Translations under genes and position numbers: made by a program
In this document: positions 42,201 through 50,177 of the stretch, in pieces
How the letters are laid out: every line of letters begins with the position of its first letter
Numbering within the stretch: position 1 is the first letter of the stretch
Notes under the pieces: model-generated
The model's input: only the letters and a program-made list of their open reading frames with translations
Database searches by the model: none
What the model was told of the DNA's origin: nothing
DNA from: Synechococcus sp.
GTDB lineage: Bacteria; Cyanobacteriota; Cyanobacteriia; PCC-6307; Cyanobiaceae
Length of the DNA stretch: 64,000 nt
Direction: 5' to 3'
NCBI GenBank assembly: GCA_047285535.1
Contig: JBJBDC010000001.1
Coordinates: forward strand, 1,280,136-1,344,135

Positions 42201-44457
42201 AATTTCAACTATAAATACTGAGATTGATGCAGTTGCACCCGATAATTTCCAGGTTGGCGATGCCTATGAACTAATAAAATATGAAGGCAACCTGTCTGGG
42301 CAATTTGCCGATGAATTGCTTTCTGAAGATGCAAAGATTATATATGACTTAAGCGCAAAGTCGATTAAAATTGTCCATGCTGACGATCCCAATCCAACTG
42401 GATGTTTAAAATATGGCATCATAGAAAACCTAAATAATAGTACAAGTAGTACCTTGTGTGGAGGAGAGTTTCTAACTTTGCAATCTGGGAATTACGAGCA
42501 AGACTTAAAACTTGACATCACACCAAGTAATCGAGAAAATCGAATCAATAATTTGGGAAATTATGTAAAGCTTGATGGGATCATTAGTGGTGAAGGAAAT
42601 GTTGTTTTTGAAAATACCAGTCAATTGCCCGGTATTGTAGAACTGGCGAATAACAACACTTACACAGGATCTACAACAGTTAGAGGAAATACCGGCTTAA
42701 TCGTGAACGGTGACATCTCTAGTTCATCTCAGCTCACTGCTACAACTGGCAGCACTATCTCTGGAATTGGCTACCTGCCTAAAACAATATTAAATGAAGA
42801 TTCAACAATTTCTCCTGGAAATTCAATTGGTACGTTGACGGCAGAAGGATTAGATTTAGATAACGCCACGATTCAAGCAGAAATCCAAGGGCCTCAAAAT
42901 GATCGGATAGAAGTTACTGGAAACGTATCTAGATTTAAGGGTAATGCGAACTTGATTGCTTTTGGTGGTGGTCAACCTTGGCCGAATTTCAATTACACAA
43001 TTATCAATGCGCCCAACAGCACAAATTTTGCGGATTCAAATAGTCTCAAACTTGAACCGATAGGAGTTCAAAGCGCTCTATTGCAAGCTGGCGCCAATTT
43101 AACCCAGAATGCTGATGGAAATCCTAAAACATTTGATGTGCAGTGGAAGGCAAAGGATGATGTTGGAGTTACTACAGCAGCCATGAAATATTTGAACAAC
43201 GATGGGGCTAATCAGCTTGCAACTGCAGGAGTGTTTGACCGCGTTTTCGATTCTATCTCTAGAGCTTCGAATAACAATATGAATGATTATGGAGAACTGA
43301 TCGAGGACACTGGATTTACTACTGGTCAAGCCATAAAGGCTGGTATTACACCAAATTTTCTAAAGGCTACATCGAAATTACTAGGACTTAATTCAACAAC
43401 TCAGCTTTCAGCCGCAGTGAATTCATTATCTGCTCAGACCTATGCCTCATTCCAAAACGTTGCTTTGCAAACGATGAAGCGTCAACGTGAGATTTTGATG
43501 GCGCAATCGGGTAACTGCCTAAATGTTGGATGGGTAGTTAATGCTCCCTCTGACAAAAAGGAAATCCAAACGAACTCTCCGTTATGTGTTTTTGGTGATG
43601 TTGCCAATACTACCAGTACCGTTAACAATTCAAATGGATTGTCTGGCTATGATTTCGGTATTTTTAGTAGTTATTATGGTTTGGAATATTTCCCATCTGA
43701 AAACTGGGTGATTGGTGCTTCCTACGGATATGGAAATTCATATTTGAACAATATGTCTAATGTTTCAGGTTCCATTACTGCAGATGTCAAGAGTGGATCA
43801 ATATACGCTATGTATCAACCTTCAGATAGGTTGAAGATACGTGGTTTTGCTGGGTATGGAAATTTCCAGTCTTCAGCCAAGAGAAGTATTCCTTTTCTTG
43901 CCGATGATTCATCCATCGATAGTTCGCCTGAAGGAAACGGATATACCTTTGCCATTAATGCAGATTATATTTTCAAGCTCAATAAGTTATCAAAAAGCCC
44001 TCAAATCTATTTGAAACCAATGGCTGGCTTTGCGTGGACAGGTTATCAGCAAAATTCTTTTAGTGAATCTTCTACCGGGGCACTGGCGCTTAATGTGCAA
44101 TCAAATACTTCGAACAGTCTTCTTGGCACTCTTGGAGCTGAGGTCTTTTCTGACCCAATCCCGCTTAATAGTAAACAAACTGCATTCATTATTCCTCGGT
44201 TAGCTGTTGCTTATCAAGTTGACGCACTTGCAAACTCATCAGAACAAAAATCACTGCAATCTTCCTTCCAGTCAGCTCCTGTAGCTGGCACATTTACTAG
44301 CGAAGGTCAGAATTTAGGTGTTAATTCAGTCCTTGTTGATGCTGGCGTCGACCTAATAATTTCAAAAAACATATCTTTATACGCAAACTTGAGCTACGAA
44401 GCCTTTTCAAATGGTTCTCAAATTGGCTATGGAGGTGGCATGAGATATACTTTTTAA
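39274..44457 (+). CDS. Autotransporter with GH64-like beta-1,3-glucanase passenger
   Basis: Signal; AEFT...DTTNVDAFSIP, IFGNSGVF, TALNRG, NLYAGYLH, AYAFGFDE; NTYTGST beta-helix repeat; C-terminal barrel ending RYTF. Confidence 0.8.
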   Translation: MEKLKSHQFLSRFQRRQADQGYKESKFLQSTFFFSLLFLLAYSADATALSAKAETEESSQYTIKIINNSGKTMYIQSRSQDGFYLFPTPFTDLPILEPNRLSYLKGKKTQWLPLDSKTPYFIDIKATNSTTAKYNSVIINFAATTGGEPKTNETWSGTSGLFDGYYANAEFTATTSNLDFDTTNVDAFSIPSRWTCKKGTETCDIQIGAKTQPQNPMGNPIKNPIKIDKTSKRNSNGAKVTYEYTRDGIFRGYQNYVKKHSINSVKTWQKAIIKDKTLSQYKVLLNPNHLTSNSSYNQYKIIGIHPFDTGLKQNLKTAMTSKFIISGAAGGIEKKIPSYNYIASKTPLSPQVLGFSSISNISNKGSKVIDFGNTVGLGRMYDNGSVMGLKFTQCTEKGSSTTGCTLPKDVAMPTSYLANPYTLNTVITGNSETKVTKSNPPTGAGSNKWQGYKSGKIILKKQDAKNVKPGMFLVSAGTAGGYAIDPKKNLPYSAIYVSSKEPTSGSETTTTVNLKSEKWTKNNICPSGQKCSDWGYIQQGPALLNQPIVFSWANDVNYNTSPANQIFGNSGVFAINRNDKKKYCGDKGMDDCDQSTIIGNLRNQVVTALNRGSVTQGLIPSGKPVNSVKPVNEEWGNVANWYKDNHKNPNNYNLYAGYLHTSGATLEANTDSNVTTFTGAAYAFGFDENANLVPNKFQAQVPAENGNIEPGSVITLTLNPWGDSSENALSNCSSACWRGGSGQWSSPKSWSDQQLPNSSSIVEFNSAYASDKGGVVNIDTKLVSVEALDLSDGPGAFLFDGNAITLSGTSGIYPYAISNSSGNKLAFNNAIQLKSTQPLDINTFSGDIIINKDLGGDSGWIKTGADKIRFNQVNASGKGPIHIWDGTLVLDQSDLTKAQSISSKEAGSIIGSGSLPGTAETGSIQGMISPGGHGVDYGQIDFKGNLSLGDGAYVSMRTLNEDLSFSDLIRVGGDLSISTINTEIDAVAPDNFQVGDAYELIKYEGNLSGQFADELLSEDAKIIYDLSAKSIKIVHADDPNPTGCLKYGIIENLNNSTSSTLCGGEFLTLQSGNYEQDLKLDITPSNRENRINNLGNYVKLDGIISGEGNVVFENTSQLPGIVELANNNTYTGSTTVRGNTGLIVNGDISSSSQLTATTGSTISGIGYLPKTILNEDSTISPGNSIGTLTAEGLDLDNATIQAEIQGPQNDRIEVTGNVSRFKGNANLIAFGGGQPWPNFNYTIINAPNSTNFADSNSLKLEPIGVQSALLQAGANLTQNADGNPKTFDVQWKAKDDVGVTTAAMKYLNNDGANQLATAGVFDRVFDSISRASNNNMNDYGELIEDTGFTTGQAIKAGITPNFLKATSKLLGLNSTTQLSAAVNSLSAQTYASFQNVALQTMKRQREILMAQSGNCLNVGWVVNAPSDKKEIQTNSPLCVFGDVANTTSTVNNSNGLSGYDFGIFSSYYGLEYFPSENWVIGASYGYGNSYLNNMSNVSGSITADVKSGSIYAMYQPSDRLKIRGFAGYGNFQSSAKRSIPFLADDSSIDSSPEGNGYTFAINADYIFKLNKLSKSPQIYLKPMAGFAWTGYQQNSFSESSTGALALNVQSNTSNSLLGTLGAEVFSDPIPLNSKQTAFIIPRLAVAYQVDALANSSEQKSLQSSFQSAPVAGTFTSEGQNLGVNSVLVDAGVDLIISKNISLYANLSYEAFSNGSQIGYGGGMRYTF

Positions 44458-45043
44458 TTGCAGCTATTACTACTTTATTGATATAGAAAGCAATCTTGGC
44501 TAATCAAATTTGATAAATAGATTTTGTCTATCTTTTTAAAATATTGGATTGTTGTTCCAAGGCTTTACCTCGATGGTGCTTTAAGGTCATTCGCATACAA
44601 CCGAAGGTCTAGTGATACAGGCAAAGAAGTAAGTGTTCAGCAGTGGGGAGAGTGGGGCAAATACTAAATACTGATGCAATATCTATACACCAAACCCACC
44701 GAAAGAAACCAAAAAATGCCAAAGACTAACGGTGCAATTAGGATTTATTTTGACGAATTAGGTGACTCACTAAATATCCCAATCACAATAAAAAGGATGT
44801 TGAGTATTCCTATCAAACCGTACTACTCACCACCTGGGCAGACACTAAAAAATGACTTTGGCACGTTTTGGGGTTGCGCCTTCACCACTTTTTCAGCGAT
44901 GGTGCCAACTGGAGCAATCAATCAATGAAAAGTCTCGGGCGTGTTGTTATTGGTACTGCTGTTGGCGGTCTTCTGGCTGCGGCGGCGTTCTTTGCAGTTG
45001 ATGGGCTGATTCCATAATCGTCTGAAGCTCAAATGGATAAGCA

Positions 45044-45373
45044 GTGGTGGCAACAAGAGATAGGAGAAACAGAGTGCAATCAGCGATGGAAAATGCTCAA
45101 TATATAGACAAAGAATATCTCAATGAAGCGAGATATTTTGTCAGCAACTTAAACACAGTATGGGAGATGACAAAGGACATAAACGACCTCTGCAGTCAAA
45201 CAGCTAAAGGCAGTATCAATCGTGAGCGAAAAATGATTTACCCAGGGTCCTTTGATTCAGCCGAAGTTCTCATTAAGACTAAAGGCAAGAAGTTGATTAT
45301 GTATAGCAAAGATAATTGCTTTGGAGATAACACAAGAAGAAGACGACTAGTTCTGGGTTTATCACGAAAATGA
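45044..45373 (+). CDS. Hypothetical protein (possibly fragment)
   Basis: 109-aa ORF in an AT-rich region. Confidence 0.3.
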   Translation: MVATRDRRNRVQSAMENAQYIDKEYLNEARYFVSNLNTVWEMTKDINDLCSQTAKGSINRERKMIYPGSFDSAEVLIKTKGKKLIMYSKDNCFGDNTRRRRLVLGLSRK

Positions 45374-45438
45374 GCTGTCGCCATCACCACTGAGGCGTGC
45401 AACGCTTCCACCCGCCAATGCCAAGCTAAAGCCAAGTC

Positions 45439-45912
45439 ATGACCTATTCAATGAAACTGTTCACAGCACTTGCTACAGGTTCAATCTTTATTGCTGCTCT
45501 GCCCGCTTTTGCGGATGATAATTATGGCGGGTTCACTACGCCCTCTAAGAATATTTGGTGTGCTAAAAGGGTTGATCTTCAACCAAGTATTCCCATATCC
45601 GTCGAATGCGATGTTGCCAATCATGCTTGGAAAGAGTGGATTCAAGATGGTGACCTGAATGGTTATCATGGGAATAGATTTATGATCCCAGGCACTGGCC
45701 CTGCAGAAGCAATAGAGAGTTCAGATACAATGGTTGGTAGTGCAGCTCCTGTTTTGCAATATGGACAGAAGGTTACCTTTGGACATCGTCCTGAAGACGG
45801 AACTATTACCTGCATCTCCGAAAAGATCGGGCTTACATGCACTAATAAAAGTGGTGGTTTGATGCATTTAAATCGTGAGTTCTATGTTCTTAACAAGCCA
45901 GTACCTAGGTAA
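45439..45912 (+). CDS. Secreted Cys-containing protein (DUF6636-like)
   Basis: Signal ending AFA, FTTPSKNIWC, VLQYGQ, ITCISEKIGLTCTN. Confidence 0.65.
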   Translation: MTYSMKLFTALATGSIFIAALPAFADDNYGGFTTPSKNIWCAKRVDLQPSIPISVECDVANHAWKEWIQDGDLNGYHGNRFMIPGTGPAEAIESSDTMVGSAAPVLQYGQKVTFGHRPEDGTITCISEKIGLTCTNKSGGLMHLNREFYVLNKPVPR

Positions 45913-46171
45913 GTATCTGGGCTTTTAAGATTTAATCAGACACCTTAGGCAAGTCTTCTGCGACTAACCGAATTCGGTTAGTTTGACTCTTTTCTATCTG
46001 CACTTAGAGATGTTCACGTCAATCTGAAATCAGAATAGCGCAGTCTGTACTTATTAGGCAGTAGCGTTTTCATTGCTCTTAGCGCGCAATTAGCCAAACG
46101 ATTGCTCACAACATGGGCATCATCCGACCATTGTTTGTAGGAGGCTTGCCTGCTGTTGGTTGCATCACAAA

Positions 46172-46210
46172 GGGGAATGCTTTAAGCAGTTACCTCTGAT
46201 CAATGACCCT
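46172..46210 (+). repeat. 39-bp direct repeat, copy 2
   Basis: Identical to 37842-37880. Confidence 0.95.
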
Positions 46211-46305
46211 TGATATCCAGATGAGGTTCTGCAGTTTCCTCAAAAAGTGGAATCCGCCTCCATACAGAAAGTACGTAAGGGAGAAGGAGTTGGCAAAGAA
46301 GCACT

Positions 46306-46620
46306 TTATTCCGCTAGACCCTTGAACTCTTCCAAGAGAACTCTGTTGAGTCGGTCATCACATCCAACAACCAGTTGCGGGTAAATCGTTCCTTGCAAAT
46401 AAGGTCGATACGCAGCAGAGCACACCACCATGGTTGCCTCTCTCCATTGCTTCAGGGCCTCTGGTGAGAGTTTCTTTTCAAGTGCTGCTTTGGACTCATC
46501 CAAACTTTTGGAGGCGCACCACCTCATCTCAACGGTGTTGTTCCCCGGGCACTTGACGTCTGGTTGCTCTGCCTTCGCTGGCATCAGCGGCAGCAATATC
46601 AGCAGCAGAAGTGCTCTCAT
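46306..46620 (-). CDS. LprI/DUF1311-like secreted protein
   Basis: Signal MRALLLLILLPLMPAKA, C....TVEMRWCA, GTIYP...GC. Confidence 0.6.
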   Translation of the reverse strand: MRALLLLILLPLMPAKAEQPDVKCPGNNTVEMRWCASKSLDESKAALEKKLSPEALKQWREATMVVCSAAYRPYLQGTIYPQLVVGCDDRLNRVLLEEFKGLAE

Positions 46621-46790
46621 TTTTTCTAGGACTTGCTCAAGCACAGCATCCTGCACTCGGTCTTGGAATGCTTTGGCTTCTTGCTCTGGCGCAAGCGCAT
46701 CAGCAGCGGCACGCAGTGCATCAGCAGTTATCTGACGGGCACCTGGACTGGTGAAGAGCAAATCCCCCAGACCAACGCCAACTAGAACTT

Positions 46791-46970
46791 TCAGCACCGT
46801 GCTGCCTCCTGTTCAGCAATGATTCGTCGAATCGTTGAGAGCGCGAGTCCCGTCTGCTCACGAATGGAGCGATAGGAGCATCCTTCATCCCTAAGGCGAA
46901 GCCCCAAGCGTTCCTTGGCTTCGTTGGTTTTCGGGCGACCGCCCAAGTTCCCGCCTGCTGACCTTCGTCC
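46791..46970 (-). pseudogene. C-terminal remnant of a small serine recombinase (resolvase HTH)
   Basis: GGNLGGRPKT...LRDEGCSYRSIREQTGLALSTIRRII; catalytic domain absent. Confidence 0.8.
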
Positions 46971-46972
46971 GT

Positions 46973-47016
46973 ATAACCCGAAGGTCGGAAGTTTCAATCT
47001 CCCCCCCCCACCACCA
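46973..47016 (+). pseudogene. Degenerate 3' half of initiator tRNA-Met (att relic)
   Basis: ATAACCCGAAGGTCGGAAGTTTCAATCTCCCCCCCCCACCACCA: anticodon loop/stem half, T-arm-like segment, ACCA end, then hairpin + T-tract 47020-47046. Confidence 0.75.
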
Positions 47017-47079
47017 ATTGCCCCCCCGCCACGGAGGGGGTTTTTTAATGCCTTACAGGGTTGGTTGGAACCAACGCCC

Positions 47080-47946
47080 CTATATGGCATCAGCCTCAGC
47101 GAGGAAACCATTCACCGCATCGAGATAGGCCTGATGGGCGTCGATGTAGGTCTTGTGGCCAGCATTGGCCAGCACCACCAGAGCAGCATGGGCACCAATG
47201 CATTGCCTGGCCTGATCCAGGGTGTGCGGTGTTGCTGTGTCGTGCTCACCGCAGAGCAGCAGGGTGGAGACCTGGAGCGAAGCGAGCTGGGGGAACAGAT
47301 CCACATCGGCCAACAAACCACTGGCCCTGAATTCAGTCTCCCCCCACATCGTGCGGTAGAGATGGCCATTGCTGCGCTGTCGCTCGCGACGTAACAGCTC
47401 AGGGGGAGTGGGCAGTCGACAGAAATGGTGGCGATCAAACACCGCTTCCACCTCAGCCGGGGGCTGGCCTTCCGTCTTCAGGGCAGCCAGCAGCAGCGTG
47501 GAGTCAGCGAGCCACCGCACTGTGGAGAGCAGTGGCGATGACAACACCAAGCGTGAAACCCGATGGGGATGCTGCAAGGCGAACTGCGCCATCACTGTTC
47601 CGCCCCAGGAATGGCCCAACAGGTGAACCGTGCCCAGCTCCAGCGCATCAAGCAGCCTGAGGGGTTCAACAGCAAAGCGACTGAGCGTCATCTGATCAGC
47701 CGATAGGTCTGCTGGTGAACAACAGGAACCGAGTTGGTCGTAACAAATCAGGGGGCGCTGATCTGCAATGGAATGCAGTGCGTCATAGAGGCCGATGCTG
47801 CTGCCCCCGGGGCCGCCATGGGTGATTAGTAAGGGCGTGCGTGCAGCGGCTTCATCGTTGTGGGGCCGGTAGGAGCGGTACTGGATGTCTCCACCTGGCA
47901 CAGCCACCATCGCGACCGTTTCAAGCGAGTGTTGATGCCATGCCAT
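47080..47946 (-). CDS. Proline iminopeptidase-family alpha/beta hydrolase
   Basis: HGGPG, YDQLG, GHSWG nucleophile elbow, GEHD, AGH. Confidence 0.88.
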   Translation of the reverse strand: MAWHQHSLETVAMVAVPGGDIQYRSYRPHNDEAAARTPLLITHGGPGGSSIGLYDALHSIADQRPLICYDQLGSCCSPADLSADQMTLSRFAVEPLRLLDALELGTVHLLGHSWGGTVMAQFALQHPHRVSRLVLSSPLLSTVRWLADSTLLLAALKTEGQPPAEVEAVFDRHHFCRLPTPPELLRRERQRSNGHLYRTMWGETEFRASGLLADVDLFPQLASLQVSTLLLCGEHDTATPHTLDQARQCIGAHAALVVLANAGHKTYIDAHQAYLDAVNGFLAEADAI

Positions 47947-48299
47947 GCGGAACGCATCCCGCCACTGGATTCAGCATGGATGATGGCGTGGCCCCCTTGC
48001 GCAGCAGGACGGCTGAACTGCACTCGCGAATCCCGGCATCTGTGCCATGCGGCCGGATTTCTTGGACGTGGTGGCGGTCAAGCCGCCCAGTGAGAAGGCC
48101 TACCTGGCGCAAGTTCTCTTTGTGGAAAGCGGAGCCAGAACCGCTGAACCCAACTTCCTGCAGGTCTGCCGCGAGCCCGACTGCGCGGTGATGAGCATTT
48201 GCCCGAGCCAGATCACCCAACCACTAACGCGCGGTCCCTAGCCAGAACAGCAAGACCTCAGAAGACATCGCTGGTGACAGCACTAAATATGGTCCACAA

Positions 48300-48713
48300 T
48301 GGCTGCTCCTGGGCCATGGTCTTGCTGCCGATTTCGGTGCCATTGGCCTCGCGGTCCCTGTAGTGGGCCTCGGAAATCGCTTTCCAGTTGATGCCACCGG
48401 TAAGGGTTGGCACGCCTGGGGCTTGTTCGTCTTCGGCTTCCTCGGGGTGAAGCTCGCGCTACGCTTCGCTCGATAATTTGGGCTTATCGCCGCTGGTGGC
48501 CGCGACCAACGCCTTCAGCGTTTTGATCAGTTCACCAATGCAGCCGACCTCCCACTGAATGGGCAGCGTTTTGGTCCATTGGGCCTTTTGGCCATCGGTG
48601 CCAAAGCGAACCCGCAGCTTGACCTTCCCTGTTTGCTCCATCACCGACCACCCGCGTGGGATGCCGGCCTTCTTCATGTCTTCTTTGAGGTGAGGGCGGC
48701 AATCGAGGGCCAC
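48300..48713 (-). pseudogene. Truncated integrase paralogous to 58742-60007
   Basis: AGIPRGWSV, VKLRVR, QWTKTLP, GVPTLTGGI shared; in-frame TAG 48459-48461; ends after KTMAQE. Confidence 0.92.
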
Positions 48714-48859
48714 CGATGGTTGCTTGCTTTGACCATGCACCCTTCTGAGCAGGCCTTGATGCCGCGATTCTGCCCGGAAAATGGTCTAGCAATGGTCTAA
48801 GTGACCAAAACCAGGCTTTGCAGGCTTCCACGGAAACCCCAAAACCCTTCATATAACTA

Positions 48860-48905
48860 ACGCCCCCTGTTGGATTCGAACCAACGACCGGCTGCTTAGA
48901 AGGCA
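48860..48905 (-). repeat. attR: 46-bp duplicate of the tRNA-Arg 3' end
   Basis: Identical to 60154-60199. Confidence 0.97.
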
Positions 48906-49166
48906 AGAAAATTCACAATTGGAGCCTCGGTTTTTCAAGCTATTACTGGGATCTCTGATTTAGGGGCGCCCTTGGGACCCCTTGAAAATGCCGATAGTGG
49001 TCCCGTTTTCAGGGGGGTGGGACCACTTTTTGGGGCCCGTTTCTGCTCCAAGTCATCTATGTCGAAGGCGGTGCCAGGTTCAGCGGTCCGAACTTTTCAC
49101 GAGTGCATGCCCTACTAAACCGTGACGCTTGCCATAGCTAAGACGTAGTTGTTCGCGCGGGGCACC

Positions 49167-49622
49167 ATGGCTCACGCAAAGCTCACTAATCGGGCTGCTC
49201 GCCTTATCCGTCCTGCAGAGCGCTCTGAGGCTTTGCATTTAGCGGGCGTCGACATCACTCCATTGGTTTCAGCTGACCAATCTGCTGATTACGAGGTCGC
49301 GGTCATCTCTGGTAAGGAGGGGCATGGACCACCACCGCATTCACATCCTTGGGATGAAACCTATTTCGTCTTGCGTGGTGAAGTCGTTTTTGGAGTTGGT
49401 CGGGATGAGCAGGCCTTTGCTCCTGGAGCCTTAGTTCACGTACCAGCTGGAGAACGTCACTGGTTCCGATTTGACCAGCCTGGCGAAACAGTCGTTGTAA
49501 CAGGCGGCCATAGCGCTTTTGCCATGTTCAAAGGGCTTGCTGATGTCCCCGATGGTTCCCCTGCTGAGGACTACCTGGCAGTAGCCCTGCGCTATGGAGA
49601 AGAGGATCGGCGCGACGGGTGA
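49167..49622 (+). CDS. Cupin-domain protein
   Basis: GPPPHSHPWDETYFVLRG and VHVPAGERHWF motifs. Confidence 0.9.
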   Translation: MAHAKLTNRAARLIRPAERSEALHLAGVDITPLVSADQSADYEVAVISGKEGHGPPPHSHPWDETYFVLRGEVVFGVGRDEQAFAPGALVHVPAGERHWFRFDQPGETVVVTGGHSAFAMFKGLADVPDGSPAEDYLAVALRYGEEDRRDG

Positions 49623-49638
49623 AATTGCTGGTTGCTTG

Positions 49639-49663
49639 GCCCCTGCTTCGGCGGGGGCTTTTT
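49639..49663 (+). terminator. Rho-independent terminator
   Basis: GCCCCTGC-TTCG-GCGGGGGC followed by TTTTT. Confidence 0.8.
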
Positions 49664-49796
49664 GATGCTCAAAACCCAGTGCTGATGTGCTCACCCGCTT
49701 TTCACCAGAACTGTTCTGGCTTCTGACCAGAGGATGACCAGAGCCTCAAAAAGTCAGCGGACATTGTGCAAGAAATCTCACACCCGACCCCAGACA

Positions 49797-49934
49797 ATGA
49801 ACCGCTACCAAAAGACTCTTGCTGCCACCTTTGCTTTTGTGGGGGCCCTTTTTTATGTGGCTGCCATGCCCCCTGCCACCTCTGAACCTTCTCCTGTAGG
49901 CCCTAGTTACTTTCACGGTTATCGAGTGGGCTAG
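49797..49934 (+). CDS. Small membrane-anchored hypothetical peptide
   Basis: MNRYQKTLAATFAFVGALFYVAAMPP. Confidence 0.4.
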   Translation: MNRYQKTLAATFAFVGALFYVAAMPPATSEPSPVGPSYFHGYRVG

Positions 49935-49937
49935 TTC

Positions 49938-50174
49938 TCAAACGCTGAACTTCCACTTGGCGTCTGCAGGAATGGCAGGGCCTTTCTTCAGGTCGGCCGG
50001 GTCCTTGTCGCTGATGCGCCTGGTCGGAACCACGCAGTCTTTGAAGTCACCGTGCTGCAGCGTCACTGCTTCCGCGTGCTCAGCGTTGTCGGTTGCGTAG
50101 AAGCCGCCGCGCCATTCACCACCGTCTAGGCCCCCTTTGAACCAGACCCAAACCTTTGTGCGGGCGTAGCTCAT
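49938..50174 (-). CDS. Element-associated small hypothetical protein
   Basis: Intact 78-aa ORF; degraded copy at 35231-35359. Confidence 0.7.
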   Translation of the reverse strand: MSYARTKVWVWFKGGLDGGEWRGGFYATDNAEHAEAVTLQHGDFKDCVVPTRRISDKDPADLKKGPAIPADAKWKFSV

Positions 50175-50177
50175 AGA

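Noticed and set aside
44594..44609. CATACAACCGAAGGTC as a partner att for the tRNA-Met fragment
   Set aside because: Only a 9-nt exact match with no supporting arm sites; could be chance
48532..48906. 124-aa ORF across attR
   Set aside because: Translates the tRNA duplicate and the wrong frame of the integrase relic
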